Positions 50,792 to 58,521 of a stretch of DNA of 58,521 nt are shown here, in pieces (within the stretch, counting starts at the first letter, position 1; every line of letters starts with the position of its first letter). The translations under genes and the position numbers were made by a program. The notes beneath the pieces are model-generated. The model saw only the letters and a list, made by a program, of their open reading frames with translations, had not been told where the DNA came from and did no database searches. The stretch is from positions 1 through 58,521 of the forward strand of contig DF237506.1 in NCBI GenBank assembly GCA_000708835.1, given 5' to 3'. This DNA is from Klebsormidium nitens. Taxonomy: Eukaryota; Plantae; Klebsormidiophyceae.

Positions 50792-52284
50792 CGTAAAGGC
50801 TGTCCCTGCCCGTGGTCCGGATGTCCAGCGGCCAGAAACCCCGTTCAGGCATCCAATTCAGCATCGGGCAACCATTGAAAAGATCGCAGATGCAGATGCC
50901 AGCCAGGTTAGTTAACACCCGCACCTGCTGGAGTAATATCTGGCCTGGGTCCAAGATATTCCTCAAGGTATTTGCAGTTACAGCGGCATTAACGAGAACG
51001 GAGTAGAAGACCTTGACTTCATTCTCCGCTGCTGTGTCGTGCATATGTAGTCTGGCATGGAACAGTCATGTGTTCTTGTCATTAGATAACACGGTGATAG
51101 CGGGCTCCGGTCAGGTTCCTTGCAAGCTAGACACCACTTGCCAACTGTTCACGTGAGCCCATGGCTCATTTCATGAGATTGGCAACTTTCTCCCAGTAAA
51201 GTCCTCAATCGTAAGCTTTGGATATGTCAGTCCAAGAGAGTCGCGGTGAGTCATCGCAGATTTAGCCGCTCATTGCGGCAAGTTGCGCATGAGGTATGAG
51301 GGCGTTGCTGCAACACGAGGCGTTGGCAAGTGGCAGGCATCTACGCCCAAAAGCCCATGCGAGACCAGTAGGCGAGACCCAAAGTGAACCCTTGTTGTTA
51401 TTGTAGAACAGTCATGAATTTCTGTCCCCTTGTTGCAATAAATTGCATCACATGATGGGCCATAGGCTTCCATGGCATACAATGTTTCAATGACTTTCAA
51501 TGATGATCACTGCAACGAAAGCCGTCCGAAGCCAGAGGCTTTGAAGCCGCATTAGATTGCGTCGTCTTGCTGTTTCAATGATAAAGAGCTCGATGTCACC
51601 AGCTATATATAAATTTCGCTTAGAAGTCACTGAGCGCACAACCGTCACGTGTCGGACGTACGCGTGACTCAAACCACTGGCTTAACTTTAAGTTCGTGGC
51701 AAATCATTGAATGATGCATGCTCAGTAGCGCCGCGCGGTCTCAAAGCCGCAACCGCGAGGGTTTTGAAGAGGTTTGCGCTAGTCCAGTCGAAGCCGCGCA
51801 ACCTGGACCGCGGCCGCGACCTGCTCGACATCGGCCGGCCCGCGGCCGCGCCAAACGCTGGCATGTATGGCCGGACTCAGCACTGAAATTCCCTGCATAT
51901 GGACCTATATACTAGGTGCCTAGCTGAAGCAGAGAAGGCTATTGCCAGCCGCGGATAACAGACGGCATCGATGCGAGCAGACCACAAAACGACAAGAGAA
52001 GAGGCGGTTGCTTTCCTTTGTTTCTTGTCTTGACATAGCCGGGGAACCTGCCATGAAGACCCCTGTGGCGGTTTGCCTGAAGAGAATGTGCCTTCTGGTA
52101 GGAATCCTCATGACTGAGGCTCAATTGAACTTTTTGAGCTGGAAATGCAGGGGACGACTCGCAAAACTTTGTCTCGTATATTTGAGCTCCACGCAGGTCC
52201 ATTTTGAACACTTTGTAGTGGCGAAGAAGATCCTGAAAGGAAGCTCCAAGAGGATCAACCGTGCAGCTCTCAGCTGCAGCTCAA

Positions 52285-55200
52285 ATGGCAGCCAAGCAAG
52301 CTGTTGCATCATGTGGTCTCGTCCTACTTTTGCTGGTAGGCAGCACCTATGGCGCGTTTGAGATGGTGAATACGCCATTTGGGGTGGTGTCCACAGGAGA
52401 TGCCACGTTTTACGGGGATCCGCAGGGGGGTGGCGTAGATGGTGAGGTCAATCAGCTGGAGCCCTGCATGTTAGAGTGTGCTGAGCAGCTTCAGTTGGAA
52501 CCGATGCCTCATCCAGCTGGCCCTTATCTATGCAGCAGCTAGAGAGCTGGAATTTTCCTCTCTACCTTAGGCCTTTGAGCTTCTGACTTGGTCTTGAAGC
52601 TAACAAGTGGTCTAACAAGCAGGTTTCAGATGGCAGCCTCCCCTTTCTTTGGTCACCTGAAAAGGACGACACGGGTGAATGCATTTGAGCCAGCTCAAAG
52701 GGTGTGGTCAACATCTATTTTGCTTACAATGGTTTTTCAGTCCTTCAAGGACCAGGTTCAGAGAACCAGGCAATTTAGCAGATCTTTTTTTGAGATTCAG
52801 CTCAGCGTATTGCACTGCGGATTTTGATTGCTTTCAACATATTCTGCAGGGGGAAATTGTGGCTACTTGGGACTGAGGCGGAATCTTGGTAGTCTGAAAC
52901 ACCAGACATATGGCCTCCAGATCAGCGCTGCCAGCTATCCTCTGTGGCAGGATGGAGCTGGCTGCGGAGCTTGCTACAAGGTAGGAGCCGCACTGATCAC
53001 GGCACCTCAAAACTTTCCAGTGCAGTTGAGAATCTGAGTTCAGTTTGTTTTGAGTACATGTTTTGAGCATGTGTTCACGTACTACAAAAGAGTGGGCTCT
53101 TTCCCGTTGTTTCCAGCTCAGCTCAGTGTTGGCTTGAATCCCTCTCCTTTAAACCAGACTCTAAGCTTGACACAGTCTGCATTCAACCCGCGTATCCTGT
53201 GAGGGTCATGTGCGCAGCCTCTTCGCATGATGCAAGTGTGATTACGACCCATACTGTTCCGTTGAATGCCCCAGTAACCCATAAGCAACTGTCACAAACA
53301 CCCACATCGTAACCATGCAGCTCAACCACCTCCAGACTCGTGGCAGTTCCTGGTTATTTAAGTCCACAAGACTTCCTGTTTAGGCGACCAATCAGCTGTC
53401 AGCTGTAGTGTTATTGGTCGCTTATTGGAAGTCCGGCAAGTCATACACCCAGGCGTGTGCTGGACACTTCCATCTGACATCATGGTGACCGTTACTACCG
53501 GTTCAGTACTTACCTTCTATCCCCATGTGAGTGCAACCCATAAGCAGCTGGGGCTAACCAATAAGCTATCGTCCTCTTGTTGCAGGTCAAGTGCGTCGAC
53601 TCCAAGTTCTGCCTGGACACTGAGCTGGTGGTCACCATCACTGACTTCTGCCCCGACGAGGGCTGGTGCGACGCCTGGAAGTTCCACTTCGACCTGGGCG
53701 GCGCGGCATTCCCCCAGCTCGCGCAGGTCCAGGCAGGCCACTTCCCCCTCACCTATGAGAGGTGCGTTCTTCTCCTCGCTGACTTGTGCTCCTGCTAATT
53801 TCGGGATGGCTTTCGAAACTCTGTGCACGCGTTTTTTGTGCACCACTGCTTACTCTTCCCTAATGAAAATGTTCTGTCTTCTGCCCTTTTTCCGTTTCTA
53901 GACGTCAGCTTCCTTCCTAGACGTCAGCTTCATGCTCACAGCCGACTGGTCCGCTTATCCCGACCGCACTGATCCAAAAGGGTCGCCCTTCCGAGGAAAG
54001 TCTCAGCCCAAGTATGATCCCATTGTCCTCCGGGCGCTGTTCGCTTGTACTGAGTGTCAAAATGGTTCAAATCATAAGCAACACTGGCACACCAGAATCC
54101 CCAAGCCCTGAAAGCCACGAACACTTCGACAACCAAAACCTCGAACCTTTTTGTTCTTCCCGCCACAGAGTCCCCTGCCCCCGCCAAGGCCCCATCGTGC
54201 TCCGGGTTATGGGTAACCCCTTCTGGTTATCCGTCCTCTCCGAGAACGTGGGCGGCGCGGGCACGACTGATGCCATCGAGATTCAGACCCCCGAAAACCC
54301 GGACTGGATCAGCATGACGCACGACTGGGGGGGCTTCTTCAAGGTCTCCGGGCAGAGCTTCCCGGGGCCACTCTCTGTGCGGCTGACGCAGAAACTGACC
54401 GGGGAACAGGTGAGGACGGCCCGGGGAAAGGGGTGTGTCGGCCGTGCGATCAGCGCTGACGAAGGGCCTCGACTTGAGGGCTTTCGCTGCATGTATGTGG
54501 ATCTCGTGTGAAGGAGAGATGCGGGCTTGTCAGTCCCAACCGTTGTCAATCTGAGAAACTTCCAAAAGCAGCACATCAACGTGGATGCTTGGCGCATCCA
54601 TCTGTTTCATCTTCGCACTTAGAGTGGCTTCTGTAGGCTTTTCGAAGCCTGGAATTGGGAGTGTCTGATAATTATGGCGTTGGACCGACGCTGCACGACG
54701 TCTTGTTCTTTCATCGGCAGCTCAGGGAAGCTCGACCGGTTACTTTGACTGGTCGACTAGGACGAACCCCGATCATGAGACCTTTGTACCACCGATGCTA
54801 CATACCTTTCCGCTGTCCGTTTATCCCTTTCCTTATCTCCCTTTCCACCTTCTGTCAGGTCGTTCTCAAGAACTGCATTCCAGCCAACTGGGTCCCCAAC
54901 ACGGAGTACACCTGCGACGCCAACTTCGGCGACGGCTCCTCCTCCGCTATCCAAGCCCCTATCCCGACCGATCCCCAGACTCCCGCCCCGACCCCTATCC
55001 CGACCACTCCCGCCCCGACCTGATCCCCAGACTCCCGCCCCGACTGATCCCCAGACTCCCGCCCCGACCATTCCCGAGACTCCCGCCCCAACCGATCCTC
55101 AGACTCCAGCCCCGACCGATCCCCAGACCCCTTTGCCAACAGCCGCGCAAACCCCCGCCCCGCAAAACACAGAGGCGCATATATCTTCCCCGACGTCGGT

Positions 55201-56048
55201 TGCGGGCACCGGCTCTCCAACCGATGCGCCCGTCTCGACCCCCACGCCTGTCAAGACAACGATCTTGGAGGACCCCACTGAAGCCGCGGACGTCAGCGGA
55301 GCAAGCTGCATGTCGTGGCCGCAGGGGCAGAGCCACCGGCGGCTGTTGGACGCATCGACGGTTCAGCTGTGCACCAAGGTGGGTGGGAGGGCGGATACTT
55401 TTGTGCTGACTGCTTTACTTGAACCTTGAATCTGCAAGTGGTGGTGTCGGTTCCTCTGGCTGAGCTTTGAAGCTGTTCAATATGTTTGCACAGTTTGCAA
55501 CAGTATGATCAGCTTTCACTTGGTTCCCTTGGTTCTAGGTGGGCGGCTTTTCCAGGTGACTCCTGAACGTGAAAGTTATGGTATAAAGGTCGAAGCTCAT
55601 CCTTTCAACTCGGTGGACTGGCATCGAACAACCGTTCCGTATCCTTCGCAAAGAACGCGTCATAACCACTGTTCAGACGGGATAAGGTGACTACATAAAC
55701 AAAGCACTGACTCAGTCCGGCGCCCATTCTCACCAGGTGATCAGCGAGTGGACTGAAGGCATTGACGCCACCCAGATTGCGCAGTACCAGCTGAACCTGA
55801 TCAACAATGGGAAAGCGCCCTTAACCGGCATCACGATGAGCCTGACCAACTTCAAGCCGTGGTATGACCAGTACTGGAAATTTAACTACAACAACGACAC
55901 GCAAACCGCAACTCTGCCTGGCTGGCGAGTGCCGCTTGTGAGCGGCCAGACCTTCGAGTTTGGGTACATCCAGGCGGGGGCGAACGGGGCGACTTTCTTG
56001 ATCCAAGACGTGCAGTTTGCGGCGGTGGCAAAGAGGCGGTCCAACTAG
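52285..56048 (+). CDS. Secreted expansin-like protein (DPBB + CBM63) fused via a Pro/Thr linker to a C-terminal CBM49-like domain; +1 frameshift in the linker as assembled
   Basis: Exons 52285-52441, 52850-52980, 53586-53761, 54169-54409, 54859-55378, 55737-56048. Signal peptide (LVLLLLVGSTYGA), ATFYG, GGNCGY, GAGCGACYKVKC, TITDFCP, HFDLGGAAF, NPFWLSV..NVGGAG, HDWGG, IPANWVPNTEY. Last exon SEWTEG..QYQLNLINNG..YW..TLPGW..LVSGQTFEFGYI. Confidence 0.9.
54964..55128 (+). repeat. Coding minisatellite, 24-nt unit (ccgaccgatccccagactcccgcc = PTDPQTPA)
   Basis: About six degenerate units. One unit near 55015-55039 is 25 nt (ccgacCtgat), which brings TGA 55021-55023 into frame. Confidence 0.9.
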
Positions 56049-57129
56049 AGCTGGGCGAATGCAGTCGGCCGGCAAAGGAGTTGGTTAGGATAGAGAGCTT
56101 TCGCAGATCACTTAGTTCACCAGCAAAATTTGTATATTATGCCCAGAAAAGCAGGCAGCTGTACTATCTATACCAATTGAACATCACCTCAGTCACGTAG
56201 AACCAGTATGTGTCAGGTTGGAGCTTTCAAGAACCTGGCCCAGATCATTAGAGCCAAATTTAATCAGCCCAGATAAGCGTTCAGACACTTTAAATTCAAT
56301 CACGCGTGTACCGTCATTAGTTTTTTATTTTATGCCAAGCAAGGTCGGTGCATGGGACATTTCAACTGGAGCTTATATCAGTCGAGTATGAAAGGAGAGA
56401 CTGATCAGATGCAGCATAAGCGCCATGGTCAGAATCATTTCCCCCTGTCACTCCGGGGATTCAGCGTGCACGCATGGTGGAGTGCTCCCACTCCGACCGT
56501 CCATTGAATCCTATGCTCACAGTAGTCACAAAGTGTTATATACCAGTTCCAGATCGTTCTGTCCTATCCCGTCCTGATCGAGCTCAAACTTGAAACGAAC
56601 TGAGCACCTCTCTTTCGTACGCCGGGCCCCATACATAGGCGCCACGGCCACAACGTCGTAGAAACGAGTGCGGATATTCGGGAGCCGACCCAGTCGCCCA
56701 CGTGTGTGTGCAGACTCATTCCATGCAGGCTTGTCCACTCATGAGCGTGCGTTTGATATATACCCTGTCACAAAGCCTGAATGAATATAACTAATTGCCG
56801 AAGCTACCCATGGCCTAAGAAGTTTAGCTAAGACGCCACCGCTCCCATCTTGCCACGGTAACGAGGGCCGCCTCCGACGCCCATGTTTGGTCCCCGCGCG
56901 TGGAAATAGTCAATTGTGTTCACTGTCCGATCGATAGGATCCGATCGGCCGAAGCCCTGCTCTTTCAGGTTGCATGATTGCTAGTTCACCACGTCTATCT
57001 TATCACTCATATATATTTATAGGTATAATTCCGCGCTTACACACAACTTGAAGCGACGGCCAGGCATGTCCCAGGCAAGTCATGTACGTGCTCAATATAT
57101 GCCACGCGTCTCGACGTATCTCAATTTTC

Positions 57130-57824
57130 TTTGGAAGCATCGATATCGTTTTAGGGCTGTTGCGGGCATGGATTGACGCGGTACACGTGACTGATGATAC
57201 CGTACCGCGCATCCCGTCCACACAGGACGCAGCTCTCGCTAGTCCCGGTGCTTATGCATCAGTTGCACTCTTTAATGCATCTAGCTAGCTTAGAGCCTAT
57301 CAGTATGGTGCCGACTACGTTCAAGTTGGTGAAAATGGGGTTATCTTGGGCTATAACCAAAATGATTACTGTCAGGCTCACTAGACAGATACCTATTGAC
57401 ACAGAATGCATTCGAAAACTTCGCTATGTGCGCGCCGGGCGAGCGTGGCAAATCAATCCGAAGGTTCTTTGTCGCTGTCAAGCAAGCGTATTTCTAGATG
57501 CTGGAGGAAAGCGAGGCATCGGATGTAATGCAACGTGCGGCTAAAAGGCACAAGAAGCTATTTTTTGAGCACTACCCCGAACTAACGAAGGCCCTGAAGT
57601 CCGAGGTTCTAGGAGAGCACGCAATACGCGATTGATTGGCGTCAAGATCACCTGGGTCTTGGGTAGAGGTGCCGTGTGCACACGGGAGGATCGACATCCT
57701 GACCGACACATTTGTGATCGAGGTTAAGCATCGTTCGAAGTGGAAGGAGGCACTTGGACAGTGCTTGGCCTATCGCAAGTCTTTTCCTCGACATAGAGCG
57801 AAGATGGCCCTTTTGGCTTCGTAG
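57130..57824 (+). pseudogene. Decayed virus-type gene: AntA/MSV199-like DNA-binding domain plus PD-(D/E)XK nuclease-like domain
   Basis: Fragments LRAYQYGADYV, SGSLDRYLLTQNAFENFAMCAPGERGKSIRRFFVAVKQAYF*, then VEVPCAHGRIDILTDTFVIEVKHRSKWKEALGQCLAY. Multiple stops and frameshifts, no introns. Confidence 0.7.
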
Positions 57825-58079
57825 ACGAGGTCAAGCGCGTAAATGTGGATGAGGTTGGAGACTCTGTGCATCGTACCAAGTTGGAGTAGACGTCGTTGTA
57901 GAGAGATAGAGCGAAGGGAAGAAAGCAATACGAAAACTCCCAACAATTACATTAGCCACCAAGTGAAGATATTGTGAAACGACCACTAACACAGGAGTAA
58001 AGCATCTTGGAGCTGACTCACTTACAAAAACCTGTAAACTTGAAGCACTAGTAGTTGCCGTGTGCCTTACAAGACTCTG

Positions 58080-58521
58080 TTGTGTGGATATAATGCATGC
58101 CATGTCAATAACCTGGAAATATACAAAATTTCCGACCAGCATTACTTTGTGAGATCATCTACATTTGTGCCTGCACGGTTTGTCGCAAGTTTCTGGCCGG
58201 TGGTTTGCAGGATGACCCAAGTGATAACCCATCAGGCGCACTGGACAAGTACATGCTAACACAAAATGCATTCGAAAACTTCGCTATGTGCGCGCCGGGC
58301 GAGCGTGGCAGATCCGTTTGAGGTTTCTTCATCGCCATCCGCGATGCGCACATCGCCCTCACGCGTGACCAAGACCCCATTGGCCCGCAAGAGAATGCCA
58401 TGCTGCTCCTGTACAAGAACAAAAAATGTATCTACATAGGCGCTGTCTAGCAGCGGCCGACCAAGCTTTTCAAGTTCGGGCGCACGACCAATCTTGTGAC
58501 GATTCGAGTCTATGAATCTTC
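58080..58521 (+). pseudogene. Second decayed paralogue: AntA/MSV199-like domain plus start of a T5orf172-like domain (runs off the window)
   Basis: SGALDKYMLTQNAFENFAMCAPGERGRSV*GFFIAIRDAH..LLLYKNKKCIYIGAV*QRPTKLFKFGRTTNL. Bases 58261-58310 match 57401-57450 at 49 of 50 nt. Confidence 0.7.

Noticed and set aside
53898-53931. 15-bp direct repeat ctagacgtcagcttc in an expansin intron
   Set aside because: Adjacent micro-duplication with only 4 nt between copies and no inserted element.
54964-55128. Short tandem repeats as a CRISPR-like array
   Set aside because: No unique spacers. The units are in-frame Pro/Thr codons inside a spliced eukaryotic exon.
56526-56738. 70-aa minus ORF between the expansin and the viral relics
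   Set aside because: No motif recognised and no splice support.

Overview
Eukaryotic nuclear DNA with GC-rich exons and many GT-AG introns. The gene set and sequence style point to a streptophyte green alga, most likely Klebsormidium (inference, no database search run). The core holds eight spliced genes: an orphan 4-exon coiled-coil gene; an 11-exon inward-rectifier (Kir-family) K+ channel with a TIGFG filter; an RTNLB17/18/21-type reticulon; the plastid 2-oxoglutarate/malate translocator DiT1; a Kelch-repeat protein; a greatly N-terminally extended GRIP-domain golgin; a PWI+RRM RNA-binding protein; and a secreted expansin-like protein joined through a Pro/Thr tandem-repeat linker to a CBM49-like module. 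Both window edges are accessory DNA. The left edge has a Sel1-repeat exon, a decayed Copia retrotransposon and a T5orf172-like relic. The right edge has two tandem decayed genes of a giant-virus/phage-like type (AntA/MSV199-like domain plus a PD-(D/E)XK nuclease or T5orf172 domain). A 1.1-kb segment at 21.85-22.95 kb is bracketed by three CAGGGC-NNN-GCCCTG-type hairpins at each end. The strongest candidates for novelty are the expansin-linker-RRLL-CBM49 fusion (with a +1 frameshift in the linker), the Kir channel with an altered pore, the virus-like relics and the hairpin-bracketed element. All gene models and alignments were made by hand, and family assignments rest on remembered motifs. No CRISPR array, rRNA or intact tRNA was seen.
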